DNA of 64,000 nt. Source: Tubiluchus corallicola. Its lineage: Eukaryota; Animalia; Priapulida. The translations under genes and the position numbers were made by a program. The DNA is taken from assembly GCA_030141605.1 (NCBI GenBank), contig JAQGDQ010000328.1, positions 134,843 through 198,842 on the forward strand, given 5' to 3'. Of this stretch, positions 42,477 through 56,543 are shown one piece after another (position 1 is the first letter of the stretch; each line of letters begins with the position of its first letter). Under the pieces are notes generated by a model, which searched no databases, was not told the DNA's origin, and worked only from the letters and a program-made list of their open reading frames with translations.

Positions 42477-42842
42477 ATGCATAAAGAAAACTACTGTACA
42501 TCAAAATAATTAAAAAAAGGACCCTGGTTTTATGCTTACAGCCATCAGCAGAGATATGATTAATCAGGAACGTAAACTTTACTAAAATTAACTAATTCAT
42601 TTCAGTTTTCCACTTTTGCAGCTGAAGAGCAAAGATACAATTTTTCTGTTCATTTATTACGTGCCTTTCTCTCGCGAGAAACTATCAGAACTAGTAAAAA
42701 CAATTTACAGCAGCATATAATAAGGGAACAGCCAAATTTTTTTGACCCGTCATTTCCATACGCTGCCAGTGCAATATGTGTACAAATTGCTTTTGCACAG
42801 CTAAATCAGACATAACTTCATTATATTAACTTCGGTGATACA

Positions 42843-43188
42843 TGTATATAGTAAAATAATTGATTGCGTTGTTTGTGTATAGCTGCATATTGGTGTTTTA
42901 GGGATGACAAAACTATTAAGACTCAAGTTAGGAAACAACGCGTTTATTGAACATTAAACACAGTAAATAGCGTACCAGATAGTAATGCCAACCCCCCCCC
43001 TGATCTGATGATCTAATCTGTTCTGCTCCAGCCTCTGATCCAATCTGATGAGATGCGTGCAACACAAAACTTATCTAAGCTACGCCCACAATAACTTCGG
43101 TTCTGAATCAGTTGATCACGTGATGCCACGCCGTAGCTAGGCTTCATGCCAGCATTCCATCAGGATTATTGTTTAGCATAATTTAACA
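42843..43188 (-). mobile_element. Probable solo LTR, same family as 54539-54877
   Basis: Reverse complement starts tgttaaattatgctaaa and ends actatataca. Confidence 0.5.
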
Positions 43189-44089
43189 CTATATTGGTGA
43201 ATAATTATATATTTATATATAACCGACAGGGCTACAGCTCCAACGACGGCATCATTTTCGACGATCTATGCATCAAGCGAAAGGAACCACAGATTTACTA
43301 TTGCTGAGGAATCGGGTTTATTTTTTCAACAGGACCCATCGGGAGGGACGGGGGCGAAAAATCTCCAAAAAATGAATTTCTGGCCATTTTTGCAAAAATT
43401 ATACCTCTTATTTCTAGAAAACGGGAATGCGCCAGGCACGGTGTTCGTAATGGTTGAATAGTCCGTTCAAAGGTGGGTGTTATAGGCACACTTAGAATTC
43501 GCAGGAGAGCCACGGTTTCCCGTAACAGGCGTGGTGTGCATCGTACGGTGTGGGTGATTTAGTGTGTTGGGTGGTGTGGGTGGCACGGTGTGAGTGATGC
43601 TGTGTTGAATGTGGTGTGGCGTGGTGTGAGTGATGCAATGTTGCATGGTATGGGTGGTGTGATGTGGGTGACATGGTGTGAGTGATGCTGTGTTGAATGT
43701 GGTGTGGTGTGGGTAACATGGTGTGATGTGGGTGATATGATGTAGTGGGACTGATAATGCATAGTGTGGTATGGGTTGTAGTTGCTTTGTGTTCAAAATT
43801 TTTTGCATGGTTTGGCTAGTACGTAGTAATAAGAGAGAATGCAATTTTCAACAGAATAAACTTAAATAAACCTTATTATCTATTATTTTAATAATAATAA
43901 TGATAACGATATTGATAATGATAATGATAGTAATAATATCAATAGGAACAGGAACAATGCCTTTCCGATTTTTCACGCTCGCGACAAACAGCAACAACGA
44001 CAACGACAGTGAAATTCAAGAAGATTTTGCTATAGGCAATTTCTTAATAAGTAGAATTTAATTAATGTAAAAAAAATCACCATACTTAC

Positions 44090-44401
44090 TTTCCGTTCTG
44101 TAAACAGCAACAGCATTTGGACCTGGGCAAATTCCTCTGCTTCTTCCCAATCTGGCCATATAATTGCAAGCTCTACAGTTAGTTGAGAATTTGAAATACG
44201 GATAGCCATTGCCGCAGGCACACACTATATCTGTGTTCGTCTTCTCGTAAAGGCTGCCGTAGTAGTAGCCCGATTCTCTACATTGCTTCCGACACTGAAT
44301 ATGTGGATCAGCACTAAAGTCTTCGGGTTCCTCAATTTTTGGAAAGTATTTCTCATGCTCGTAGAATTCAAAACATCCCGCATAGAACCACAGGTGGGTC
44401 T
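44090..44401 (-). CDS. Gene B exon 4: WSC domain 3 (frame differs from the ORF track)
   Basis: tttcag/gtaag boundaries, 312 nt, phase 1-1. FYAGCFEF...QCRKQCRESGYYYG...CACGNG...CRAC...ICPGPNAVAVYRT. Confidence 0.85.
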
Positions 44402-44548
44402 CTGAAAATGAATACTAGAAAATGGAGTCTGATTTTAAAGATGAAAAATGTTCTTTGTCTTAGATTATGCAGCATGACTTAGAACTGTTGAAGAAAAGTT
44501 GTTAATGAAACCTGAGCCGCATTCAGTGTCTCCTCTTAGGGGTATGAC

Positions 44549-46150
44549 CAGTGGCCACTCGTGTACTGTGGTGCTGCAGCACCCTTTGTTTTCATTCATT
44601 ATTATCGATAATATTGAATATAATAATTGTGAAACTCATGTATGAGGTTGTAGTTGAACACTTTGTAGAAAAAGAATAAAACACTGTACTACATATCTGC
44701 ACAAAACTGAAAACGTTTATTAGACTACATACACATATGTAGAATGACTGCTACACTGCACACTGAGGACAACAGTGTCCTGCACTGAGAGTTAGACAGT
44801 AAGTGACATGAGTATCACAACTAGCATGACTTCTGCACTGCATTGAGAGTGAGACAGAGAGTCACATAAGTAGCACGACTGCACTGCACTGAGAGCGTGA
44901 CAGAGAGTGACTAGAAGTAGAATCCAGCCAGTATATATAGGTATAGGAAATTATGCAAACTTGGCTTCACAAATACCATTACAGTAAAATAGGGAGAGAT
45001 CCAGTGAGTATGCATATTCACTGGACCGAACAATTATACTAGGGGCGAGTTTGGCGAGTAAAATGTAAAGTGATTAGTCAATAGATGGCAGCACCTAAAA
45101 ATATGCAGTTACAACTTCCACAATAATCTTTTTTCTTTAGTTCTTTTGTTATTCTTAAGCGGAACCAGAGCACGTGAGGGTAGTACAATTTGCTTCACAG
45201 CCCAAGCAACGCGGTGATTGGTTGCTGTGCATACGCGCTCATGCGCACATGTCTGAGGTAAGACGCTGTGCTTTACGCTATTCCGTAAGAAAACAATCAT
45301 ATATTTTTTGTTTAGGAGTTTATCAAATTTATGTATAAATTAGTTTGTTTGTTTAAAATTACAAATACAACATTATAATTACATATGTTTGTTTCGTTTT
45401 GCACAGTATTAGCACAATGGCTAAAAAAATTTTAATTTTGCAGCAGCCCCACTAATTTTATCTACGAGCCGCTGCTGCATATATCAACTTCTTCAGTACC
45501 ATAAGTGTTTGTTGCATTTTGCATGGGTTTACGGAAAACTGCTCTTAGTAAGGCAGTGATTACGTTACGATAATTTGGAGCACCCTCTGTTTTCATTCAT
45601 TATTATCGATAATATTTAATATAATAAATCTCTTTTCTTTAGTTCTTTCTTTATATTTGTGCGGAACCGGAGCACGTGAAGGAAGTACAATTTGCTTCGC
45701 AGCCCAATGTGATGTTTGACTGTTGTGCGCATGCGGCCATGCGCACATGTCCGAGATAACACGATATACGCTAGCGTCTGCTGCTAGGTAGAAAAGTTCT
45801 GTCTTTATCACTGTAACAATTGCCACGCACTTACCGTGTACCGTCATATTCTTGGATGTCATAAAGTGTACACTTAGCATGTGTGCTTAAAACGTAAATT
45901 ATTTAATAATGGACGCCTTGCATCTCCAAGAAATAAGTTCTGTGACTGTAAGTGAACTACAACAGCTTCGTTTTTCACAGTTGCTTCTCCATGAGAAAGT
46001 TGCAGTTAAGAAAATAGACCGTTCAACAGCAGATCAAATATAACAACAACATTAAAATATAATTATGTTTGTTACATTTTACAGTTAAAACAGTGGCTAA
46101 AAAATTTCTGAAGCAGCACCCCCAGTAATTTTAGTTACGAGCCGCCACTG
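44549..46150. mobile_element. Two adjacent copies of a cagtggc-ended MITE family; third copy at about 36590-37099
   Basis: Shared gcggaaccrgagcacgtga...gcagcacccc...tacgagccgccactg; the first copy contains an extra LTR-like insert at about 44650-45100. Confidence 0.6.
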
Positions 46151-46323
46151 CCCGAAATGCAAGTCGGAACTCAACAAAACTTCAAAGAATTTATGACTTT
46201 CTCCAATTTGAAGATGGATCTACTCACTCAGAATGTAACCCGAGTAGATAAAGAAAGTTATTTTCAACAAGATCTGACACGTTGATTTTGTTAATGGTGT
46301 ATACAAAAACTATTAAATATTAC

Positions 46324-46659
46324 CTCCAGTATCATAGACTGCAAAATTCGACTTGTCTAAACTGCAAAATCCGCCTCCTTTACATTTCGGGCACGCGTAT
46401 GTCGACCCCCGTTGGAATTTTGACTTGCTCCATAGGTCATCGCAGTAACACACATTTGGGCTCTCAAACATCGCAAAATAGGATAGCCATTCCCGAGTGG
46501 GACGCATCCTGTTCGGTTTTGAATCGTGCTTACGACTGTAGTTCCTGCACAGTGATATACACTCATATGGCGAAGTAGCACCCACCTTAAACAGGTCATC
46601 ACTAAAGATAATGGCAAGCTCCCAGCATCCCCGATATTCATGCCTCAGCTTGTCATACA
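46324..46659 (-). CDS. Gene B exon 3: WSC domain 2
   Basis: ttgcag/gtaat boundaries, 336 nt, phase 1-1. EYRGCW...SPYECISLC...YFAM...CYCDD...CPKC...FC...FAVYDTG. Confidence 0.87.
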
Positions 46660-46789
46660 CTGCAAACAAAAGGTGTGAAGCCTTAGTTTATATAATTATA
46701 TTAATATAATTATAATTCTCTTTTTTTTACCATATCTTAATAATTCAAACATTATTTGGGGAAGCACATACACCAATCGATTGAAAAAA

Positions 46790-47465
46790 AATCATCGGAT
46801 TCAGAAGAAAATAGTGCAAGCTATACATTTGCCGGTTATCAGGACCACACACCACCGATTTTTAAAAGACTAAACTTTCTAAACATTTATGACATTAATA
46901 AGTTCCAAACTGCCATTTTCATGAACAAATTCTCTCATAAATTACTGCCTCACTTGTTTACTGATTATTTTTGTTTGAATGCTGAGATACATAATTACGG
47001 CACACGTTATAGCCTGAACTATCACTACATACAGTGCAACACTAACGTTAGTAAATTTTCTATTAAATACAATGGCCCTTACATATGGAATTCAATTGCT
47101 TCAGTTATTAAAAATGCCAACTAGCTGTCCATATTTAAAAAAAATTATAAATTAAACTTACTTGAAACATATAACTGATCACTCAATCGTGATTTGTTGT
47201 TTTTCATTTTCAAAAGCTTTCCCTCTGTATAATAATATTTATATTACTTCCCACCCGTATTTATATTTGTATATATTGTAATATTGTATCTGTATATATT
47301 GTATTTTTTTCGTAACTAATTCTAGTGGCCTACCATAAGCTAGCTTCTTAGGTTTCTAGCGCAGAATTCATGAATTGTATCAAATTTTTGTATTAACAAA
47401 AACTGATTATCGATGCACATGTAATGTATATGTATATGTTTATTGCGAAATAAATCTATTAAATC
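46790..47465 (+). mobile_element. 3' fragment of a CR1-group (L2/Crack-like) LINE
   Basis: HTPPIFKRLNFLNIYDI...HNYGTR...SIKYNGPYIWNSI, followed by a 3' UTR-like stretch ending in aataaa. Confidence 0.72.
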
Positions 47466-49511
47466 TGAAAAAGCGTTAGTTTGCTTACGATAGTATTAAA
47501 AGAAAGCCGGACGATCGTGTAAACACGAGTACAGACTAAATAATGCTCTAAAATATTGAAAACCACAACAGTTTTTTTTAAATCAAAGCTTAGATTAAAT
47601 AATAATAATTACCTCGGATACTCAAATTTTGTTAAACTTTCAAAGCTACGCGCGGCTCAGTGAATCTACTAAGATTGGTAATGGCGCCTTTTTGTCACAT
47701 GCGCGTGGCCGACAAATAGAAAGCGGTATCGTGATAACCATGATCGTGACTGCAATGTTAGTTTCTGACGTCATATGACGTATAGCTCATTTTCGTGACA
47801 TCACAAAAACGCTTACGCAAACTGCTTGCGCGTAAGACGTCTGCCATTGAACAAAATGTGGTTAGTTTCTGACGTAAGCAACAGCTATGTTCGGTTGCCT
47901 TTAATTAACTTTCTAAGCTAATTATTCAAATGTAATACCAAAACTTGCTAACATTTATAGGCAAGAAAATGTATATTTTGGGCAGTAAATTAAAATGAGA
48001 TTGAGTCTAAACCCTGCCTTTCTTTAAAGGAACAACAATCAAAAACTATGTAGGACGCTCATGCCTAATTATCACAAATGGATGGGTCTTACAGCGTTTG
48101 TCATTTCACACAATTTCGACTTTATGTAAATAAATTGTTTTTGTGGGGGTTCGCTACCCATTTGTTATTTGTTGATTTGTTTATTTGTTGTGGTTTTGTG
48201 AGTTATAGTGTGGTATATGCTGTGCTGATGGTATGGCGTGGTGTGAATTGTTGTGGGTTTGTGCGCAAACTTTTTACGGGGCTTGGTTGGTTAATTGTTA
48301 TTAAAAAAGGTAACAACTTTGTGTGCATATTAGTAGGCTTAGAGTTATATGAAAAAAATCATCACGGTTTCTCTGTAATGTTATCTTTGGGATGGTAACT
48401 CTGGAATGTTTTAGTTTTTTGTATGTCGAGATACGTATGTATATTACCTCTATGATATGTATTATTTTATATGAGATTCTATTTGTAAAAGTGTGCTTTA
48501 GTTTTTTGTATGTCGAGATACGTATTATATTACCTCTAACACATGTATTATATGAGAATTTATTTGTAAAAGTGTACTTTGGTTTTTTTATATGTCATGC
48601 ATATGTATATTACCTCTATGATATGTATTATAAGAGATTGTATTTGTAAAAGGTAGCTTTAGTTTTTTTAGGAATGAGTATTTTGATGCAGAAAACGTCA
48701 TTTTTTACTTTATTACTTTTTATGCATTTCTACTGCATTCGTAGTCTTTTTTTGCACCAGACGCATTTGCCTGTTAGCAGCATAGCCAAGGCAATCACTG
48801 AATGATATTTCACATTATATAATGCATGTTATCATTATTTTATGACAAATACACGGCATCATGTATGTCAAAGTTGCCTGGGACGCTGTTTACAGGAGAA
48901 CATTTAATTATAAAAGAAATGAGAGCGTTAGAATGCTTCAGTACTTCTGTAACACAATGTCACTGAACTATTTACTCGATTTAACTGAACTTACATTTTG
49001 TAAAAATCTTGTGAAATTCTTTGTGAAATTGATAAGCTAGGTCAATACAGAATATAAGGCACCGCTGAACGTGTTTGTATACCAATTATACCAAAATGTT
49101 AATTATTATTACTACTAACACTGAAAATAACCTTTTGCACAAAGCTCTTATGAATTAACTTGTACTTATGAATTAATTATGAATGTACGCACTACTTGAC
49201 ATGTATGTACTGTATTGTGTTTTGCCAAAGTAGATTATAATTATGTATTTGAGCAATAAATTAAAATCGAATTGAATTGTATTAATGAAAATAGCGAATA
49301 GAAAATGACTTTTATAAGAATCTAAATACCAGAAATCTTCTATGAAATAACAAACTTGTGTATATCGTGGTTTATTTTAGATACGAGCTTGTTCTGTCAT
49401 AATTTTACTTTATTATATTCTGTCTTATGATGTAATGTATATTCGATACGAAATAGCTTATTTTATTATATTATTATTACAAAACAGCCTATTCTCTAGC
49501 ATTGTACTCAC

Positions 49512-49799
49512 AGTCTGTTTTGTATACAGCAATGGTGTTGGTCCTGCCACAATTATAATCCTGTGCACGTCTGCATTTACCGCACACCACAGAGCTACTA
49601 TTTAGAGTTCTGAACCTGTTTCCACACGAACAGAGAAACTCGCCTTGCGTCAGCTCTCTGAACCCGGCATATCCGAAGTCGCTCTCTTCGCATAGTTGAA
49701 GACACCGGATGGGGGCGTCGTCATCGGCTAACACTGCCTGTTCTGTCGGGAGATGTTTATTAGCAGCACTATAACGAAAGCAACGTTGATACTGTCCGC
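49512..49799 (-). CDS. Gene B exon 2: WSC domain 1
   Basis: tttcag/gtgag boundaries, 288 nt, phase 1-1. GQYQRCF...RCLQLC...YAGF...CSCGN...CGKC...NCGRTNTIAVYKT. Confidence 0.87.
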
Positions 49800-50461
49800 C
49801 TGAAAATATTAAAACCTAAGGATGGTTGCCTTCTTCTTCTTCTTGAAAGTCTCATTCCGTCTATTGTACACATTGAGGTATCAACATTTATTAGAATATT
49901 CCACCCACTTCTACCTACAGCTAACAGTGTAAGTTCTTCTACTCCTAAAGATAGATTTGGTTGAAGTTTTTAAACATTTTTATTTACCTTAGATAACCAA
50001 GTTGTTTTTTGTTTACCAGGTGGTTTTTTGCAAGGTTTTACGACTATTGTTACCTTAACATTTTGATAAGAAAATCCATTACTAGTGATATACTAAAAAT
50101 TAACAACTTATTTTACGAAACATCACGACTCGGCTTCATTCAAAACATTATCAAACACAAATTTCAGCAAAATACAGTTCAATAGAAGAAATTTTGACCA
50201 GTTTATAACTCCTCTACAGAAAACATTTCATTTTATTTGACGAAATGGTCATCATCAACATCATTCTCGTATGCCCACTACGTCTGTTGTAGCATTGACC
50301 AGGCAAAATTCTAGTAATTGTACCATTAAATACACTTTCTCTTAATTTTTAGCCCATATGTCCTGCATATTAACTGCAATTAATGAATGCATTTTTAGTT
50401 TGATCACTGTCTGTATTGTATGAAATTGTAATTAGGTTATTATTTGGAGAAAAGACTTACA

Positions 50462-50680
50462 AGAATAATAATGATAATGATAACGATAACGACAACGACA
50501 ACGACAAAGACAAGGACAAGGACAAGGACAAGGACAAGGACAAGGACAAGGACAAGGATAAGGACAAGAACAATAACAATAACAATAACAATAACAATAA
50601 CCTTAACAATAACAATAATAATAATAATATTAATAATAACAATAACAATAACAATAATACAAAGACAACAACAATAACAC
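50462..50680. repeat. Compound (GACAAG)/(AATAAC) microsatellite
   Basis: Directly visible. Confidence 0.93.
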
Positions 50681-51235
50681 AACATCTTCCATTTAGCTAT
50701 TATTATGAAAATGCGTTCTTACAGTAAATGTTGTTTATTTAACCTGTATTACCAAAACATGGAATGGAATTTGTGTTTCATAATATTCATACACATAATA
50801 CCATCCATCCATCCGTCCATCCTTCCGGTGCCTAAATCGCTTTTATATCAGGGCGAGTAGCAAAGTATATTGTACTACTAGGCTGATTTCTATTCAGCCT
50901 AAACGCGGGCGGGAAGCCATTGTTAAACTAACAAAGGTGATAAGAATGTATGGCAATCTTAAAAATCCTACTGTCTTCAGTTGATCCCTCTGAAATGGTG
51001 ATGTAATCGTACATCGTACCAGCAAAGGTGTCTTATCTACCGTTTCTTGAGAAGAATAGATGAAAGCGTAAGATTTTGCTCTGCAGACACCATTGCATTT
51101 ACTGACTAGATTTGGTGTTGCTTAACTTTGATCGCTGTGACCACTCATCGATGCCTTATACAGCCCTATATATTCGCTGGTATAAAATAATTTGATTCAT
51201 AAGTTTATCGTGTAGTAAAAATTGGCTTCACTTAC

Positions 51236-51278
51236 CAAGTGAAAGAGAAAATTGCAGTATCAAAAGGAAAGCTAACAT
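51236..51278 (-). CDS. Gene B exon 1: start codon and signal peptide
   Basis: ATG MLAFLLILQFSLSL then G|gtaag, 43 nt, phase 1; same coding length and phase as gene A exon 1. Confidence 0.78.
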
Positions 51279-52311
51279 CAGCAACTTTTACACTTCCTGT
51301 ATTCTTTTTTCTGGATGTTTCAAATCTGAAATCTCGTCTGCTCACAAAACGGAACGCCTTGCCGTAGAAATTTCAGCATGAACTCTAAACTTAGGACAAA
51401 AACTTGCGGGTACAAAGTATACAAAAACTATTGGATACCCATGATAATTCGATCATTAATATCGACGTCAGTTTGGTTGTTTCAGATTCGATTGTCTAAA
51501 GTTTAAAAGGAACACTTTTTAAATAATCTACATAGTATGAAGTTTAAAATTGCTCATAAGTTGATTGTTAATATTATTAATTGTCACCTCACCAAGATAC
51601 GTCACAATGAAACACCGAATAACATTTTTGTTGGCATATAAATATACAGTAATACAGACAACAATACTGAATATTGCCCTATATTGTGGAGCATCTGCAA
51701 AATTTTATTCATGTGTCAAAATTAGGTAAATAAAAATATTGCACAACATGGAAATCTGCTTGTCCTTATGCCTCTTATGTCTGACTCCCAAAATAAAAAT
51801 TTTACTAAAATAAAACTTACATTTTACACGTAGTAAACTACGTATTTTTTACACTTCAGTAATTAAAATAAAAAATACTTTCCAAATTGTAAAAAATCAA
51901 AGATGTTGTGAAAATTTAGCTAACAGTACAGTGTAAGTTTGAAAAAAATTTGCCATGCGGCACCCCACAAACTAGCACACTGTTTGTCTTCCAGGGCGTA
52001 GCCAGGTTCTAAAGTTAGGGGGGAGCAAGCTCTGAAAAGAGTGCCGTGACACGTAAAATTAAACAATTTTTTTAATTCATTGATTATAAATATTAATTTT
52101 GTGCTCAAAATCACGAGGAAGATACCGTTTTAGCAAAGTACGTCAATAAGGTAATGACTCCAGAAAATTATTTCAAGACCATGCGATTAAAAACCAAAAA
52201 ATCGACATTTACCGCGCAAACAAAATAGTAAAAAAATGATTGAAAAGGCACCAGATCTTTGAAAATGTGTGCGGGGAGCTGTTGCTCTCCCTGCTCCCTA
52301 ATTAATTATGA

Positions 52312-52683
52312 CAAGGGTATGCAAATTGCGGCCCGCGGGCCACTTGTGGCCCGCCGAGAGAATTTGTGCCCGCGAAGAGATTTGTCAACCTAATGAAAGT
52401 GCGGCCCGGACGATTACTAGATCGGATGTTCTACTAGATCGGATGCCATTAACCCTTACAAGATGGTTGTAGCTTAATGTCACTGTACTACACAGACTGT
52501 GTTATACACATTACTAATATGCATTGTAATGAATTTACCACTACCTGTCCTAAAAGTAGAAATATATGGTTTGTAATATAAATTTTAATAACTTCTAAAA
52601 CAGTTTCTTGAGCCTAGTAGTAATGATGTACGCAGGTGGGACGCAAAAATATCGTTATTAGGCCTTTCTGTACTTGGCTCCTT
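52312..52683. mobile_element. Partial inverted copy of the hAT MITE at 11152
   Basis: Reverse complement matches about 11230-11633 (for example gatgccattaacccttacaaga). Confidence 0.8.
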
Positions 52684-53659
52684 GATCAACGTATTTTTAA
52701 CCTTTTTGACAAGATACAGTAATTTAAAATTTTACTTAATGACGTGTGCACTACTCTTGCTCTGATTATTTTTTCAAACTTTACTAAATGTTATCTAAAC
52801 TTGTTTCAAATGACCTGTTGTCAAAATGGCTGCGTCTAACGGTCATCGCGGGAGTTTAAATTTACACGTTTTGAAGTCCTGCATGCAGAAAGGCAGCACA
52901 TAAATGATATAAAATTTCAAGAAAAATTTGGTAAGCTTTATGTTTATGAAGGGTTTTCTTGCACTTCAAATAAAGTAGGACAGAGCAGAATCCTAGGAGA
53001 GTATCTCATTAGTGAGTGCTTTAAGCATTCCGTTTCAATACATTTGATTCTCAGTACATATGATACATTCCGTAATTGGTTCTCTCGAAATCCTATTATC
53101 GTATAAACCGTGTTGTATATTTATTAGGAGTTTTTTAATGACACCTATTCAATTTTAGGGTATTATTTTTAGAAGTTTTATTTTTGTGCATCTTTTAATG
53201 TCTTATAGGTTCAGCTTAAGTGCGCATGCGTCTGCTGATTCTTTTTTTGATACAATTTTAATATATGTTTAATGTCAAATAAATAAATTTATCATCAGGG
53301 ATTTTCATGTCTTGCACCAGTGGGAGACTAAGTGTTCTTGGTCTTTATTTGTATTGACGGAATCACGTATGTTATAATAAGAAAATTAAGTTTTTATGCG
53401 CTGAAAAACAGATGTTTCGCAACTCTATAGGTTGCATCCTCTATTTATTAACAAATAAAAATATAATTCTTTCTGTTGTAACATCCGTGATTTCATTTAT
53501 AACCTTTGTTTCATTACAAATTACTAACAGTGTAATTCATTACATTAAATTAAAACTGTATAAAAAACAATTGCAATGTTGTAGCGGAGTACGAGACATC
53601 AAGTCTATTCAGTTTATTCCGCTCCTGTCTAAAAACTTGATAAGTTCACTGACAGTTTC

Positions 53660-54390
53660 TAATTGATCTTGGCGTTATAATTTCTCATGATCTGAAATGG
53701 ACAAGCCAATGCATTGAGGTAGCTACTAAAGCCACTAGAATTACAAATATGTTGTTTAGAATGTTTTATACTGATGATAAAGATATGTCCTTAAAATCGT
53801 TCATAGCTTACATAAGACCAATTGTAGAGTATTGCTCGCCAGTCTGGAATCCAGCTTTATTGGGTAATGTTGATCGTATAGAAAGTTTACAGTGACGCCT
53901 GTTTATTGATGTAATTTAATGCAGGTCCCATATCCTAAGCGTCTGGAGAATCTACATTTAAAGTCTTTAGAACAGAGACGCATTCAAAAAGATTTAGCTT
54001 TATGCTACCAAATTATTCAAAGAGAAGTTGTTATTCACTTTGACATATTTTTTACCCGAGTATCTTGCAATAGAACAAGGCAAAATCATTCTCTGAAAAT
54101 TTTCGTGCGTCGAACTGCTAAAGTATCAAGTTGTACCGATTTGGAACTCATTGCCTGCATATGTTGATGGCGCACGCCTCATAACTGCACAAAATATTAA
54201 GTTATATAAAAGCCGCTTATATATAGGTAACTTGTACACAATCGACACATGTAAGCAATTAATCTTTCTGCTTTACCACACTCTTGTAAATATTTTATTC
54301 GTTTGTTTTTGCCAACGTGTTTTATATTATGTTGTTTTTATTGAAGACTGTATTTCACTACTGCGTGTGAATAAAATAAAATAAATAATA
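53660..54390 (+). mobile_element. Degraded 3' fragment of a CR1-like LINE
   Basis: DLGVIISHDLKW...YIRPIVEYCSPVWNP...RLENLHLKSLEQRRIQKDL with frameshifts; (aataa)n end. Confidence 0.72.
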
Positions 54391-54538
54391 ATAATGATTA
54401 TAATAAATTTTTGGCTAATGCAGCAAAACCAGAATCAATCTTTAACTGTAGGTCAAAACAATCTACTCTTTAAAATATTGAAACGAAACATATTATTTTT
54501 TCAAAAACGGCTTGCGTGAAAGAATAGTAAAGAGAACC

Positions 54539-54877
54539 TGTTAAATTATGTTAAAAGCATTAGATTATGACAGATAATTATGTTGATGAATGCTGGTATG
54601 AAGCCAGTTAAGGAGTGGTGACACGTGAGTAAGTGATTCAGAATCAAGGTGTTAGGGTTCCGCGTGCGATGCGCCCAGCTGGGCTAATTAGATTGAGTCT
54701 GGGAGCCGGAGGAGAGCGCTGTTAGATCAGGGGCTTGGCATTGCTATTTGTTATATCTATTGTGTTCGATGTTTAATAAACGTGTTGTTTTATAATCAGA
54801 CTCTTCATAGCTTTGCCATTCCGAAAGCATCAATAAACAGCTATACACAACCAATACAACGCATTATCCACTATACA
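54539..54877 (+). mobile_element. Probable solo LTR; related copies at 42843-43188 (minus) and about 27855-28650
   Basis: TG...CA ends, internal aataaa, shared tgttaaattatg...gaatgctggyatgaagcc...ggcattrcta; no target duplication found. Confidence 0.5.
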
Positions 54878-55716
54878 ATGAATTATTTTTACTAGAATTA
54901 TTACCATACAAACAAAATTTCGCGTTCGCGCAACTAGTTCCTCGCTGTTACATGCATTTTTCCGCTCCTTAGTAAGGCGGGCGGTAGCGCCTGCATTTTG
55001 GATTGCACAAAACCCATTGCACAAAAAATAGGTTACTGTGCCTCTCGATTACAGACATGTTTCTTTCTGACGAACTACACATGTTTGACAGCTCGTGCGT
55101 GACCACCGCGGCAAATTTGAAATTTGAATTTTTATCTTAAGACATGCCTAGTTTTAGTACAGCACACTGAATATCTTACAGTAGCACTGTACTTCAATTT
55201 TCGTTTTTGCACAAACACGTACAACACGCTCGTGGAATATTTTTGCTGTTGAACATTATGTGATGTATAATGTCATCAATAGTTGGGCTAGTCCGTCGCT
55301 AATTAAGATTTTAATATATTATTTAATTATCAGAAACCATTTTGCAGTCTCAATTGCGTTACTTGAAAATGGTGTATAGATTATAGTATATGAAAAATCA
55401 CATTATAGTATATGAAAAATCATCCTGTCTTCCTTTAACAAAGTGGAGAAAACACTTTAAAAACAGAGCTCAGAAATTCCGCTTAAAATTCTGTATCGCT
55501 TACATGCTATTCTACTCCAGACAGATCATGCGTTAACAGAAACGCTTTAATTTAGTGCCTCAATGTAATTTTTAACTTTTTCCCAACACATGCAATAAGA
55601 TTATTGTGTGCATAATTGTTCTCTCCAGGGGTGGATTACAAAGATTTCCCGTGCTGTCAACAAACGAATGGGCTTCAAACCCTCAACAGAAATCTGCTCC
55701 AAACTAATTCGTCGTT

Positions 55717-55979
55717 GTAGGAGCATTAGTAAAAGAGACGCACTTCGTCGTGCAGCCACATTCTCCTCTTTCTAGAGGTCATAAATTTCTGCTTATAAAA
55801 GCCCAAACCAAATAACACCAAAACGCCTTCCTCACGGGATTCTCCAATAATAGCAAATTTTTGTACATCTCCGGGACATCATGTTGAAAAAACGTCTTAG
55901 CGGCCCATAGGGCTTGGGGGTTGAAAAAGAAGAAACCGGGCTGCACGACAATGAGGGTCTCTTTTACAAATGCCTCTAC
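55717..55979. mobile_element. Small MITE-like inverted repeat
   Basis: About 41-bp imperfect inverted ends gtaggagcattagtaaaagagac...gtcgtgcagcc / ggctgcacgac...gtctcttttacaaatgcctctac. Confidence 0.55.
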
Positions 55980-56543
55980 CTGGATGAACAATTCTAAGGT
56001 AATTTGCAAGACTTTCTTTCTGAACGATTCTGCATTCAATGTGTTGAACTGCAGAATTTAATTATACGCTTGTTTTTAGCAAGTTCAGTTTTAACAATGT
56101 TGTTAAAACAGTATTATCTCAGTTTAGTACCTTAATTGGTCATCACTCTCGGGACAACCCCAAACCTGTAGCCTAATGGTTATTCCGAGCCTATAAGGTT
56201 CCATATGGTGAGCCTAGTTCTTTCCATATCATGTATGTAACGTTTTGTAGAGTGTATATGAATTTATACTTCGTTATACTTTAAAGGGATGAAACGTTTA
56301 ATGAGATGCAATAGACTTTACAGTATTGTTTTTGGGGACGTTCATTTTTATAAACGTATTTTGTGTATCGTAGGATCAGCGTAAGAGCTTGCTGCGTGTG
56401 TTTGCCGTTTTTCTTTTATATTGCTTAGTACACGTTTTAAGTGTCAATAAACAGTATAGTATAAAGGAATAGTAATGGATTCAAGGCACACCAACTTGGG
56501 ATGGTGTCCGTCCTTTACAACATCCCCTAGTTCAGTTAGTTAA

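Noticed and set aside
53297-55846. NF-kB-like sites (gggattttca, gggattctcc) between genes B and C
   Set aside because: Ten-base degenerate matches are expected by chance and one lies inside a repeat.
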